A DNA stretch of 32,000 bases from Nitrosopumilus sp. (GTDB lineage Archaea; Thermoproteota; Nitrososphaeria; Nitrososphaerales; Nitrosopumilaceae): contig OY759726.1 of NCBI GenBank assembly GCA_963662625.1, positions 1,179,867 to 1,211,866 of the forward strand, given 5' to 3'. The translations under genes and the position numbers were made by a program. Positions 1 through 10,400 of this stretch are shown piece by piece (position 1 is the stretch's first letter; every line of letters starts with the position of its first letter). The notes beneath the pieces are model-generated. The model was not told where the DNA came from. It did no database searches and was given only the letters and a program-made list of their open reading frames with translations.

Positions 1-297
1 CTGCTGAGGCCAGGCGGGCTCCTGTTCCTCAGGGTGAACTCCCGCTCCACCGACGTCTGGCACCGGCACGATGTGGTCGAGGAGGACGCGCTTGGCGGGT
101 TCACCGTCCGCTACGGAGAGGGCCCGAAAAAAGGACTCTGCATACATTTTTTCTCCCGGGAGGGGCTGGAGGAACGCCTCCGGCGCGCGGGCCTGGCGCC
201 CGTGTCGGGCCCGAGGGAGGTCACCGAGCCCCGCGCCCCCCCTAGATCCGGCTCGTGGTCCCAGTGGGAGGTCGTCGCGGAGAAACGCGGCCCGTGA
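1..297 (+). CDS. C-terminal part of a class I SAM-dependent methyltransferase (truncated by window start)
   Basis: Frame is open from base 1 (LLRPGGLLFLRVNSRSTDVWHRHDVVEE...), upstream of the listed GTG at 34; 'LLRPGGLLFLRVNS' and 'FSREGLEERLRRAGL' are typical of methyltransferase C-terminal regions. Confidence 0.75.
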   Translation: MLRPGGLLFLRVNSRSTDVWHRHDVVEEDALGGFTVRYGEGPKKGLCIHFFSREGLEERLRRAGLAPVSGPREVTEPRAPPRSGSWSQWEVVAEKRGP

Positions 298-321
298 TCC
301 GCCGCGGCCGGCTACTGGTGG

Positions 322-397
322 TGCTCCTGTCGGGATTTGAACCCGAGATCACTGCCTTGAAAGGGCAGTATGCTTGACCGGTCTACACCACAGGAGC
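322..397 (-). tRNA. tRNA-Glu (anticodon TTC)
   Basis: Reverse complement GCTCCTG...CAGGAGC acceptor stem + A, GGTTCAAATCC T-arm, anticodon arm CTGCC-CTTTCAA-GGCAG. Confidence 0.93.
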
Positions 398-475
398 CTG
401 CTTGAACGATTCGCCTTGACCATAAAATCTTTTTGAACCGCAAAGATTTTTTTAACGGTCGCGTCAAACAATAAC

Positions 476-1111
476 ATGAGCAAACTAGTACAAAAGATAG
501 ACGAAATGATTGAGCAGCGCAGCCTGCTCGGGCACCCGTTTTACGAGATGTGGTCCGACGGGAAGCTCGCGCAGGGGGCCCTGGCCGGGTACTCGAAGGA
601 ATACTTTCAGCTGGTAAAGGCCGTCCCGTCGTTCATGAGCCCGATCATCGACAAGGCCCCGGGCGACGTCGTCGGCGAACTCGTCGAAAACCAGCGGGAG
701 GAGTACGATCACATCGGATCCTGGGTGAAGTTCGCAGGTGAGCTGGGCGTGTCCGAGCAGGAACTGACAGAGTATCACGGGCTGGAGAAGACCAACCAGG
801 CGGTATCTGCCCTGTCCGGGCTGATGGACACGTTCGAGGGCGGCGCGTGCGCGATGTACGCGTTTGAGAAGGAGATCCCGAAGGTCAGCCAGACAAAGCT
901 CGACGGCCTGGCGGGGTTTTACGGCATCACGAGCGATGACGCTACCAGGTACTTCAGGCTCCACACCGAGGCGGACATCAGGCACGCGGCATCCTGGAGG
1001 AACATACTCGAGCGGTGCCCGGACGACTCGGACAACCTGATCCGGGTGGCAGGCGAGTCCATCGGCGCGCAGCACGCGCTGCTTGACGGTTGCTACGAGG
1101 CATACTGCTAG
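476..1111 (+). CDS. TenA/PqqC-like (heme-oxygenase-fold) family protein
   Basis: 211 aa, helical protein with HPFYEMWSDGKL, YFQLVKAVPSFMSPI, EEYDHIGSWVKFAGELGV, E...HTEADIRHAASW motifs of the TenA/PqqC fold. Confidence 0.75.
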   Translation: MSKLVQKIDEMIEQRSLLGHPFYEMWSDGKLAQGALAGYSKEYFQLVKAVPSFMSPIIDKAPGDVVGELVENQREEYDHIGSWVKFAGELGVSEQELTEYHGLEKTNQAVSALSGLMDTFEGGACAMYAFEKEIPKVSQTKLDGLAGFYGITSDDATRYFRLHTEADIRHAASWRNILERCPDDSDNLIRVAGESIGAQHALLDGCYEAYC

Positions 1112-1236
1112 CCCCGGCAGCGCCCCGCGGGCAAAAGCCCCGGGAATCCGCGCGACGGGACGGCCCGCAGCCCGCGTGGGGACGCGCGGCAGCCGGCCTC
1201 GTAACATTTTATACCGAAGAAAAAACCCATCTGCTA

Positions 1237-1310
1237 GGGCCCGTAACTCAGCTTGGTAGAGTAACCGGCTCATAACCGGTGAGCCAAGGGATCGAAGCCC
1301 TTCGGGCCCA
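1237..1310 (+). tRNA. tRNA-Met (anticodon CAT)
   Basis: GGGCCCG...CGGGCCC acceptor + A, anticodon arm ACCGG-CTCATAA-CCGGT, T-arm AGGGATCGAAGCCCTT; TATA-like TTTTATA upstream. Confidence 0.92.
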
Positions 1311-1783
1311 TACCGTTTTCTTTATTTATTTGGTCCCGTGTTTTTACACCGCATGTGGCCAATCATGACTGCGGCTTGGAAAAGCCGGAGCGCCTCCGCC
1401 GTTTGACAGCCTCGTGGCCGGGATAAGGGACGGCGCCACCGCCACCTGGCAAACACACAGGGGGCAGATGGACGCGTCCCCCAATCCCGAGCACGGGCGG
1501 GATCCCCCGTAGCAGGAGAGGCGGCTGCTGCCAGAAGGAGATTTTGCCGCGGCCGCCAATGATTTCGCGGGCCTGGCGAAGACGGATCCGGCCCTGGGGG
1601 CAATGGTGCGCAAGAGGGGGGATGGCCTAGGCCAAAACGCGCGGCTGTTTGGGGCGTTGGCCAGGATCCGCCCGCCCGGCTTGATCTCGGGGGCTTTTGC
1701 GCGCTGCCGCGGGACCGTGGAACGCGCATCGGGGTCTTGCACGCGTGCGGCACGGGCCGGCAAAACGCGCTGCCGGGATCCGC

Positions 1784-2310
1784 CTACGTCGAGCCGGGAC
1801 GGCGGTTCCCAATGTCCCTTCCCAGGCCTGAGAGGGCCCGCTGAAAAATAACGGCGTCCCCTTTAGTTTTCCTTACGTCCGGGGAGAGCCTCTCAAAATT
1901 CGCCCTGGCCAGGTCCGACGTCCTGGTTACCCTCGCGGCAGGCTCCTCGTCCCCCATGCTGTGCGCCACGCGTCATCGAGCAGGTTGTTGGCCTCGAAAA
2001 TGGCCGCCGCCGCCGCGTGGCTTCCACAATCCCTTGCCACCAGCTCGTCGATCCCGCCGATCGTCTTCCCCATGGACATGAGCCTCTTGAACTTGACGCA
2101 TTCCGCGTAGGCCCCCAAGCGCCACGAACGCGGCCAACCCGGAGTACGGCGCGGCCGTCTGCACGGCATCTGCCCGGATCCCCTCGCCGCATGCCGCGTG
2201 CGCGGCAAGCAGCACGGCCAGGGACGCCGCAAGCGTGATGCCGGTCGCCGCAAAGCGGCCGGGACTCCCTGCTACGCGATCCTTGGAACGCGCCCACACG
2301 CAAGCCGCAC
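1784..2310 (-). pseudogene. Frameshifted small exported protein (pseudogene or sequencing-error candidate)
   Basis: Protein-like segments split between two frames: signal peptide GRFAATGITLAASLAVLLAAHAACGEG (frame of ORF 1973..2461), then YAECVKFKRLMSMGKTIGGIDELVARDCGSHAAAAAIFEANNLLDDAW (ORF 1927..2253), then MAHSMGDEEPAARVTRTSDLARANFERLSPDVRKTKGDAVIFQRAL (ORF 1784..1969). Confidence 0.5.
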
Positions 2311-2499
2311 GGGCCCGCGCTAGAAACGCGTTTTGGATCGTGCCCGCGGAGCGGCGCCGCGCCGCGGGACGATCCCGGGCGATCGGCCGGGCCCCCGGTT
2401 CCCCCCGCGCGGAGGCCGGGCGCGCTCGATCGCAGCCGGCCGCCCGGCAGCGCCGCGCCATTAGATTGATTTAATTATTGAGATTTTTTTTGCCAAGTC

Positions 2500-3414
2500 A
2501 TGCTTACAATCATCGGCTCCGGAAAGGTGGGGGGAGACGCGGCGCTGTTCTCCGCCCTGAAGAGGCTGGACGACCAAATACTGCTGCTTGACGTCGTGGA
2601 GGGGCTGCCACAGGGGGAGGCGATGGACATAAACCACATGCTGTCAGAGCAGGGGATCGACGTGGAGATCAGGGGCTCAAACGACTATGCCGACATGCGG
2701 GGATCAGACGCCGTCGTGGTGGTCGCCGGCTCGGGAAGGAAGCCGGGGATGACCAGGATGGACCTGCTGAAGATCAACGCCTCCATCGTGAAGAGCGTGG
2801 TGGAAAACGTCAAGAGGCACGCGGGCGACTCCATGCTGATCCCGGTGACAAACCCGCTGGATCCGATGGCATACCTGTCATACAGGGTGTCGGGATTCGA
2901 AAGGAACCGCGTCTTCGGAATGGGCGGGATGCTGGATCTGTCCAGGTTCAGGCAATTCATCCACGAGGCGACGGGGCATTCGCGGGATTCCATAAGGGCC
3001 CTGGTGATCGGGGAGCACGGGGAGAACATGCTCCCGCTGCCCCGGTTCTCGTCCGTCTCCGGAATCCCACTGGCGTCGCTCCTTTCGGGCGAGAAGATGG
3101 ACGAGCTGGTGCGGAGCACCAGGCAGGTCGCGGCCAAGGTCATCGAGCTGAAGGGCGCCACGGTCCACGCGCCGGGGAACGCGATCTCGGCAATCGTGGA
3201 GGCGGTAGTCAGGAACAGGAGGCAGGTGATCCCGGTATCCACCCCGCTGGACGGGGAGTACGGGCACTCGGACGTCGCAATCGGGGTCCCGGCCGTAATC
3301 GGGTGCAACGGAGTCGAGAAGATCGTGGAGCTTGACCTCGACGCGGACGAGAGGCGGGTGTTCGACGACGGGGTCCGGAGCGTCAAGGAAGCGGCATCCG
3401 GGGCAGGAATCTAA
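2500..3414 (+). CDS. mdh: Malate/lactate dehydrogenase family, probably malate dehydrogenase
   Basis: [12 protein letters not shown] Rossmann motif, [45 protein letters not shown]. Confidence 0.9.
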   Translation: MLTIIGSGKVGGDAALFSALKRLDDQILLLDVVEGLPQGEAMDINHMLSEQGIDVEIRGSNDYADMRGSDAVVVVAGSGRKPGMTRMDLLKINASIVKSVVENVKRHAGDSMLIPVTNPLDPMAYLSYRVSGFERNRVFGMGGMLDLSRFRQFIHEATGHSRDSIRALVIGEHGENMLPLPRFSSVSGIPLASLLSGEKMDELVRSTRQVAAKVIELKGATVHAPGNAISAIVEAVVRNRRQVIPVSTPLDGEYGHSDVAIGVPAVIGCNGVEKIVELDLDADERRVFDDGVRSVKEAASGAGI

Positions 3415-3441
3415 GCATTTTTTTATTCGGGCGGCCACCGG

Positions 3442-4224
3442 ATGCTGTTGGAGACGCGCGAGATCCTGGGGGCCCTGGAGGCGGGAAAGATTTCGGTCGG
3501 CCAGGCGCAGCGGCTTCTGTCGCTTTACTCGATTGAAAAGATAGAGGGGTTTGCCAAGATAGACGTCGACAGGGGAAGGAGGAGGGGGATGCCGGAGGTG
3601 GTCTTCGCCGAAAACAAGGAGCTTGCCGAGACGAAAAAGATCATCAGGCGGGTGCTTGAAAAGTCAAACTCGCTGGTGGTCTCGCGCCTCACGAAGGCCG
3701 ACTACCCCAAGGTCGTCTCGTACGCCAGGGGGCTGAAGATCAAGGTCAGGACCGGGCGCAAGTCGTCGTCCGTCCTCCTGTACAGGAAGCCGATAAGGCC
3801 AGGGGGCGGCAAGGTCGGCATCCTGGCCGCGGGAACGTCCGACATCGGGGTGGCAGAGGAGTCCAGGCTGGTCTGCGAGGCGATGCGCTGCCGGTGCATC
3901 ACCGGCTTCGACGTGGGGGTCGCCGGGATCCAGCGGATCTTCCCGGCCCTGAGGGAGATGGTGGCCGGGGACGTCGACTGCATCGTCGTGGTGGCCGGCA
4001 TGGAAGGGGCGCTGGCAACGTTGGTCGCCTCGATGGTGGACATCCCGGTGATCGGCGTGCCCACGTCCGTGGGGTACGGGTACGGCGAGAAGGGGATCGC
4101 GTCGCTGGCGTCGATGCTGCAGAGCTGCACGCTCGGCATGTCCGTGGTCAACATCGACAACGGGATAGCGGCGGGCGCGATGGCTGCAAACATCGCCAAC
4201 AGGGCCTCGAGGAGGGCCGGATAG
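3442..4224 (+). CDS. larB: LarB family nickel-pincer cofactor biosynthesis protein (PurE-related AIR carboxylase domain)
   Basis: VGILAAGTSDIGVAEE, FDVGVAGIQRIFPAL, VVVAGMEGALATLVASMVDIPVIGVPTSVGYG, LASMLQSCTLGMSVVNIDNGIAAG. Confidence 0.9.
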   Translation: MLLETREILGALEAGKISVGQAQRLLSLYSIEKIEGFAKIDVDRGRRRGMPEVVFAENKELAETKKIIRRVLEKSNSLVVSRLTKADYPKVVSYARGLKIKVRTGRKSSSVLLYRKPIRPGGGKVGILAAGTSDIGVAEESRLVCEAMRCRCITGFDVGVAGIQRIFPALREMVAGDVDCIVVVAGMEGALATLVASMVDIPVIGVPTSVGYGYGEKGIASLASMLQSCTLGMSVVNIDNGIAAGAMAANIANRASRRAG

Positions 4225-4286
4225 CTGCGGCGACCCCCAACTTTTCTCGTAAATGATATATATCATACCAGAACGAAGTTTTATGA

Positions 4287-5864
4287 TTGGCTGGAAAACG
4301 AATCGTGCTCACGGCGGACCGCAGTCTGATGACGAACTACAGGGGCAACTTCCTCTACGGGTTCATCGCGTGCGGGCCGTACGAGGTCCTCCCGGAATGG
4401 GTGTTCGACAAGGTGTTCTGCCCGGCCGTGGAGACCGATCCCGCCACCGGGGAGTCCAAGGTAGCCCAGGTGGGGCTGCGAAGGGTGGAGAGCGCCCTGC
4501 TCCAGGGATACGACCGCCAGGACGTCTTCATCGCCAACCCTGAGATGCTCGAAAAGTCGATAGGGGCCGACACCAAGGTCGTGGGGATAAACGTGATGGA
4601 TCCGCTCGGGATGGCACCCGTCACCACCACGATGTCGCCAGAAAAGCTGTCGTACGTCGCGATGAAGTTCAAGAAGATGTGCGCGAGCATAATCCAGCTG
4701 AAGAAGAAGTACGACTTCCACGTGGTGGTCGGGGGGAACGGCGCGTGGGAGCTGGCCAAGTCGGACAGGATGAGGATCCACGGGATCGACACGGTGGTGG
4801 TCGGCGAGGCAGACGAGCTGGCCCTGGACCTGTTCAACGACCTGGAGAAGGGCGACGCGCCAGAACTGATGCACTGCTTCGTGAAGAACATCCAGAACAT
4901 CCCTGTCATAGAGGGCCCCACGATCAACTCCCTGATCGAGGCCATGCGGGGATGCGGGAGGGGGTGCGACTTTTGCGACGTGAACAAGAGGTCGAAGAAG
5001 GACCTGCCGCTCGACAGGCTGAAGAAGGAGGCGAGGATAAACCTGGACTACGGGTTCGACTCCATCTGGCTCCACTCCGACGAGATGCTGCTGTACGGGT
5101 GCGACAACAGGGACTTTGTCCCCAACAGGGAGGCGATAACGGACCTGTGGAAGGGCCTCAAGGGCATGGGGGCGAACTTTGTCGGCACCACGCACATGAC
5201 GTTTTCCGCAGTGGCGGCGGATCCGCAGCTGATGCAGCAGATCTCGAGGATCAACAGGCAGGACGAGACGGGGAGGTGGCTTGCCACCAACCTCGGGATC
5301 GAGACGGTCGCCCCGGACATGGTGAAAAAACATCTGGGGGTCAAGACGCGGCCGTTCGCTCCCGAGGAGTGGGGCAGCGTGGTGAGGGAGGGCGCGAAGA
5401 TCCTCAACGAGAACCACTGGTTCCCCGCCGCGACGATCATCATCGGGTGGCCGGACGAGACCCCCGACGACATCCAGCACACCATCGACATGATGGGGGA
5501 CTTCAGGGAGATGGACTTTAGGGGGCTGGTGGCACCGCTGCTCTACCAGGACTTCAGCGAGAAGAACTCCATGCACTTTGGGAACCTCAACGAGGCCCAG
5601 TTCACGCTGTTCTGGAGGTGCTGGGAGAACAACCTGAGGGTGATCAACGACATCATCCCAATCATCCTCCGCAACAAGACCTACGGGCCGCCGATGAAGG
5701 TCTTCATGTACGGGATCCTCAAGGCGGGGACGTGGGCGATAATGAGGTACCTGCGGGGCCTGTGCAAGGACCTCTTCAACGGCAGGACGCCAGACGAGAT
5801 AATAGACAAGTACGCCAGGAGCAGGTCGGTGTCTGCGCCCAAAATCCAGACCAAGAAGCTCTGA
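4287..5864 (+). CDS. B12-binding-domain radical SAM protein
   Basis: 525 aa; MRGCGRGCDFCDV gives the CxxxCxxC motif; VVVGGNGAWELA...VVVGEADELA cobalamin-binding-like N-terminus; TTG start. Confidence 0.85.
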   Translation: MAGKRIVLTADRSLMTNYRGNFLYGFIACGPYEVLPEWVFDKVFCPAVETDPATGESKVAQVGLRRVESALLQGYDRQDVFIANPEMLEKSIGADTKVVGINVMDPLGMAPVTTTMSPEKLSYVAMKFKKMCASIIQLKKKYDFHVVVGGNGAWELAKSDRMRIHGIDTVVVGEADELALDLFNDLEKGDAPELMHCFVKNIQNIPVIEGPTINSLIEAMRGCGRGCDFCDVNKRSKKDLPLDRLKKEARINLDYGFDSIWLHSDEMLLYGCDNRDFVPNREAITDLWKGLKGMGANFVGTTHMTFSAVAADPQLMQQISRINRQDETGRWLATNLGIETVAPDMVKKHLGVKTRPFAPEEWGSVVREGAKILNENHWFPAATIIIGWPDETPDDIQHTIDMMGDFREMDFRGLVAPLLYQDFSEKNSMHFGNLNEAQFTLFWRCWENNLRVINDIIPIILRNKTYGPPMKVFMYGILKAGTWAIMRYLRGLCKDLFNGRTPDEIIDKYARSRSVSAPKIQTKKL

Positions 5865-5906
5865 TCCCCGGCGCCGTCCCGAACGCGGGGCTTGGGGCCC
5901 GGCCCC

Positions 5907-6230
5907 TCACATCTTTTCGATGGCCACGTCAGCTATCGTGTTGCGCTTGGGGGTGAGGCAGACGAAGTAGTTCTTGTCGGCCCTCTCTATCCCGCCTACC
6001 TTTTTGAAGGATCCCGACGACACGTCGAACTCGTATATCCCCTGCTCCAGGGATCCCTTCGCGTAGATCATTAGGTAGGAGTTCCCCGACGTCGGGCTCA
6101 GGGGGATGAATGACATCACGTAGCCCTTGTACGAGTTTACCGGCATGGTGTTCTTCATGGGCGGGGCGGCCGACGCCATGTACAGGAAGATGTCCTCTAT
6201 CTTGTCAAACTCCTCGTACTCTATCTGCAT
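5907..6230 (-). CDS. Hypothetical protein (107 aa)
   Basis: Protein-like composition, located between the radical SAM gene and the surface-protein genes; no recognised domain. Confidence 0.65.
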   Translation of the reverse strand: MQIEYEEFDKIEDIFLYMASAAPPMKNTMPVNSYKGYVMSFIPLSPTSGNSYLMIYAKGSLEQGIYEFDVSSGSFKKVGGIERADKNYFVCLTPKRNTIADVAIEKM

Positions 6231-6261
6231 GGAGAATGGTGGCCGGCTTCAGTATAATAAC

Positions 6262-7395
6262 CTAGAGCCTTGCGGCCGACTGCCTGGACTTGAGGTGCCT
6301 GTGCACCTTGAAGCCTACGAGCGCCGGCGCGGCGACGTACATCCCTAGGTTCAGCGCGATCACGGAGGCGCCCAGCCCCAGCACCTCGGCCTCGGAACCG
6401 GGGTCCGCCAGGGTCATTATTGACAGGGTCGCCATCATCGGCGTGATGAACGCGCGCACCGCCTCCCTGAATGCCTGGTTCTCCCGTTCCAGGTCGGCTA
6501 CCGCCGGAGAGAACGAATAGTACCACTGGTTGAAGCCGTCCATGAACGCGGCGCCAGACGACGTGCTCATGACCACGTTGTCGCGCACCTCCCTGAGGGA
6601 CTGCACCTGGTGGGCCATCTCGGAGCCGTATGCCGCAGTCGCGATCAGGCAACCGCCGCCATTCCCGTCGCCAGTCTGGACCGGCACGCACTGCCCATCT
6701 ACCGCCATCGTGCCTTCGCCGCAGACCACGGAAGCGGGCTTGTCTATGCACTGCCCATCCACCAGGTCCTGGTCCGGGCCGCAGGTGACCGGCTGGGGCA
6801 TCCTGTCTATGCACTGCCCATCCACCAGGTCCTGGTCCGGGCCGCAGGTGACCGGCTGGGGCATCCTGTCTATGCACTGCCCATCCACCAGGTCCTGGTC
6901 CGGGCCGCAGGTGACCGGCTGGGGCATCCTGTCTATGCACTGCCCATCCACCAGGTCCTGGTCCGGGCCGCAGGTGACAGGCTGGGGCGCCGGCGCGGCC
7001 TCGCCCCCGGCGTACACCACGACCGTCTTGCCGCCCTGGGCGCCGAAGCGCACCTCGATGGAGTAGTCGCCGGCGGCCTTCCACATGGGGATCGCGGCCA
7101 CGAACGAGGCGGAGAACGTGCCGTCTGACCCGGGCGTGACCTGCCCGATGTCCACCAGCGCGCCGTTGGGGGCCTTTATCATGATGAGGACGTCCTGGCC
7201 CGCGTCATCGGCGGGGTCGTAGTCACGTATGCTCCCGCTGACGTTTACCCGGTCGCCGTTCCCGTACGACGGGAGCTCGGTTGATACCGAGATCGGCGGT
7301 ATGTTATGGGAGTCCGCAAGCGCGCTGTCGCTTGCGCCATAAGACAAAAGCGAAACGGTCAACAACATTACAGCTAAGGGCCCCCTGATCCTCAT
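6262..7395 (-). CDS. Secreted/surface protein with four CGPDQDLVDGQCID repeats and a CFI-box-like C-terminal module (CLIATAAYGS)
   Basis: Start refined from ORF 6262..7455 to MRIRGPLAVMLLTVSLLSYGASDSALA (signal peptide); Ig-like ISVSTELPSYGNGDRVNVSGSI; Cys-rich repeats; CLIATAAYGSEMAHQVQSLREVRD...FMDGFNQWYYSFSP; C-terminal hydrophobic segments. Confidence 0.85.
   Translation of the reverse strand: MRIRGPLAVMLLTVSLLSYGASDSALADSHNIPPISVSTELPSYGNGDRVNVSGSIRDYDPADDAGQDVLIMIKAPNGALVDIGQVTPGSDGTFSASFVAAIPMWKAAGDYSIEVRFGAQGGKTVVVYAGGEAAPAPQPVTCGPDQDLVDGQCIDRMPQPVTCGPDQDLVDGQCIDRMPQPVTCGPDQDLVDGQCIDRMPQPVTCGPDQDLVDGQCIDKPASVVCGEGTMAVDGQCVPVQTGDGNGGGCLIATAAYGSEMAHQVQSLREVRDNVVMSTSSGAAFMDGFNQWYYSFSPAVADLERENQAFREAVRAFITPMMATLSIMTLADPGSEAEVLGLGASVIALNLGMYVAAPALVGFKVHRHLKSRQSAARL
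6742..6993 (-). repeat. Four tandem copies of a 63-bp in-frame repeat encoding about PQPVTCGPDQDLVDGQCIDRM
   Basis: GTCTATGCACTGCCCATCCACCAGGTCCTGGTCCGGGCCGCAGGTGACCGGCTGGGGCATCCT starts at 6742, 6805, 6868 and 6931; the last copy diverges at its 3' end. Confidence 0.95.
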
Positions 7396-7456
7396 TATTG
7401 CTCTTGAGTCGTGCTTGTGGGTATTTATGTATTCAATGAAAGAAAAATTGACCATG

Positions 7457-10400
7457 TTATACCCGAATTATGCCCTTTTTTACCAGGAACTGCACCATGC
7501 CGAGGAACTCGCCGTCGCTTATCACGCCCTTGGACCACCACCCAGCGGCGTCCTTTGTCCAGGCGGGGACGTGCTCTGCCGTGCCGCGGCCCGCGGCCGG
7601 CGCGACTATGACCCCCTTGTCGACCAGGTGCCTGACGCCCCCGGCGAACCCGGAGTCGGGCGCAGACGGGGAGGACCAGGCGCCGGCGGCGTCCTTCACC
7701 CAGTCGGGGATCCCGTAATCGTAGACCACGAAGGATGCCGATCCCTCGTCCCTGTCTGCGTGGGACAGCTGGATCCTGTAGGTCCCGGGCGGCGTGTCAC
7801 CCGAGATCGCAAAGGCCGCCCTGAACTTCCCCTTTGGGGAGAGGCCAGCCGCCCACGTCTCCTCGGCGCCGTCGGGATTGGTCAGGGTGACGGTCAGGGG
7901 GGCGCCCCTCTCGGGGCTTGCCACGCTACCCGACATGACGACCTCCGAGACGCCCCCGCCAAGCGGGACGGCCACCTCGTATGCGCTCAGCTGCGGCGAG
8001 GGCGGGATCCCCCTGGACAGCGAAAACACGCTCTGGTTGCCCGAGCCGTCGCGGTAGTCGTGGTACCTGGCGTCGATGCTGCCGCCCGCCGTGGAGACCA
8101 GCCTAGTGCCGGACCCGTTGCATATCTTCCCGGGCATCTTGAAGACTCCCGTGAAGACCCCGGAATCGGCCGACGTCTCGACCAGGGAGAACCCGGTCGC
8201 CGCCAGCCCGCCGTGCTCCACGCCGTCCACGGTGCAGCGCTTGTACCTCGTGTCCTTGATCAGGACCTCGAGCAGCACGCCCGCGCCGCCGCCGACGGTG
8301 TCCACGTACGGCGAGCGGGGATCGTCCACCACGCCGTAGGCGTCCACGACGTCGTGGCTCAGGTTCAGGTCGGGGTCGTGCAGCGTGAGGGTGACGGGCT
8401 GGCCGAAGCGGTACGTGTCGGAGTCCAGGAGGATCCTGCCGGAGCTGGTGCCGGCGTCGGCCCTTGCCGACACGCCGGTCACCACGCCCACGTCGTCCAG
8501 GTCGGAATACGACACGGCAATCCCGCCGCTGCCCGCCAGCCTGTCTGCAACGACGAACTTCACGCCGTCGCCGATCGTCCTGACGTGCCGCGCGAACTCC
8601 GGGCCGGCGGCGTCCTGCCCGCCTGCCACGGAGTACTCGATCGTGCCCGCAAACGTCGACGTGTCCGGGCCCGTCTCCTCCAGCTCGAAGCGGTATACCG
8701 CGTTGTTGACGGCGCCGCCGGCGGCCTCCCCGAACGAGAAGAAGTCCATGATGATCGGGTGCACTGACCCGGAGCCCGGGACGTGCCCGGCGCCGGGGCC
8801 CCCAAAGTCCACCACGACGGAGGCCGCGCCGGCCGCGCCCCGGACGTCCGGCACGTCCAGCCGGACGAGCCCCTGCGGGGACGCGATCCCGCCGGGCGCC
8901 ACGAGCGGGACCGGATCCGTGCCGGGCCCGCCGAAGAACAGGTCGATCGAGGCGCCAGAAAAGTCGGAGACCCCCAGGCCCGACTCGAGGGACCTAAAGT
9001 CGTAGTTGAGCCAGTTGGTGCCGCCGGGGCCGGCCAGGGCCGAGCCGAGCTCGGCGGCCGAGAACCCCAGGTCCAGCGAGATCCCCCTGAACGGGCCGGC
9101 GGGCAGCCCGGAGGTGTCTATGAACAGCCTGGCCGACGCCGCGTCCGGGACGGACGAGCCTGCCGGCATGCCCGCGCCGGGCGAGTCCCTGAAGAACTCG
9201 ACGCCGGACGCGCCTGCCAGCGTTGGCGGGTCCCCTATCATGAGGGTCGGGATGGCAGCCGAGGCGCTAGAAGCATCCAGGGAGTCCCTTGCGCCGGAAT
9301 TCAGGTTCTGATCCGCGTCGACCAGGACTACCGGGAACTCCTTCCCGGGAACCAGCGGCCTCGAGTCGTTCACGACCAGCGAGGATCCCCCGACGGCGAT
9401 GCCCGCAGCCGAGGGGCCCGTCAGGACGGATACCGAGTCCCTGTCGTACGTGATGGAGCCGGCATGGCCCCTCGGGGCGCCGCCGAGGATCGATATCGTG
9501 GACATGCCGCCGTGGTCGGCGGTGTCAAACACGCCCGAGTTGGGGCCGCTCTCCACCAAGGTGACCAGCTGCGAGAACCCCGGGGCGCCGCCCAGGGACG
9601 CCCGCGGCTGCTCCGAGTTGGTCCCCAGGGAGAGCACCCTTCCGGCGCTGACGGCCAGCCTCCCGTTGTCCTCGAAGCCCAGCCCGGGGAGGCGCGTGGA
9701 GATGTCAGCCGGTTCGGCGCCGCCGCCCCGGCCCGTGCCGCCGAATGCCTGGTAGAAGACAGCCCCGGGCGTGCCGACGCCAAACGTCCACGAGTCCTCG
9801 TCTGTCGGGTCCTGGTTCAGCTGGGCGTCGCTGACCGTCAGGAATACCTGGGCGCCCTGCGGGTAGCGCTCCCGGTCCACTCCCAGGGACGTGCCGGGGA
9901 TCTCGCCGTACTCCAGCCTGACCTGCTGCGTGCCTGAGGCATGGTCGTACCTCACGGTGACGTCCCCGAAGGAGAACAACTGGATCAGGGGCCACGCGCC
10001 GGGATCCAGGCCGATCTGCCCCGGCGGGACGCCGGCGTCGGCGTTGAGGGGCCTGGCATTCCGCACCACGTTGTTGAGTCCCCCCAGGCCGTCCGGCTCC
10101 CCCGAGCACTCCGAGAGCCCGCCTGCCCCGTCTGCGAACCCGGACAGCCCGGACGGGGACGGGACGGCAAACCCGTCGGTGTCGGGGAATCCTATCCCGA
10201 ACACGGCCGGGGGGGTGTCCCTGCCGCAGAAGACTCCAAAGTCCAGCCCGCTCCCGGGGGATCCCGCGGCGGAGTCCGCCGCCCTGGCCATGTCCGCGTT
10301 TGCAAAGTACGCGTACCAGCTCCCGTCCCCTGCCTGGGCCATCCTAAGGGTCCGGCCGTTCAGGGTGACGTCGGGCTCGCCCCTGCCCTCGCCGGTGTCC

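Noticed and set aside
6530-7128. Plus-strand ORFs opposite the repeat protein (178 aa and 172 aa with CPSTRSWSGPQVTG repeats)
   Set aside because: Antisense reflections of the 63-bp repeats; the minus-strand frame has signal peptide, domains and C-terminal module.
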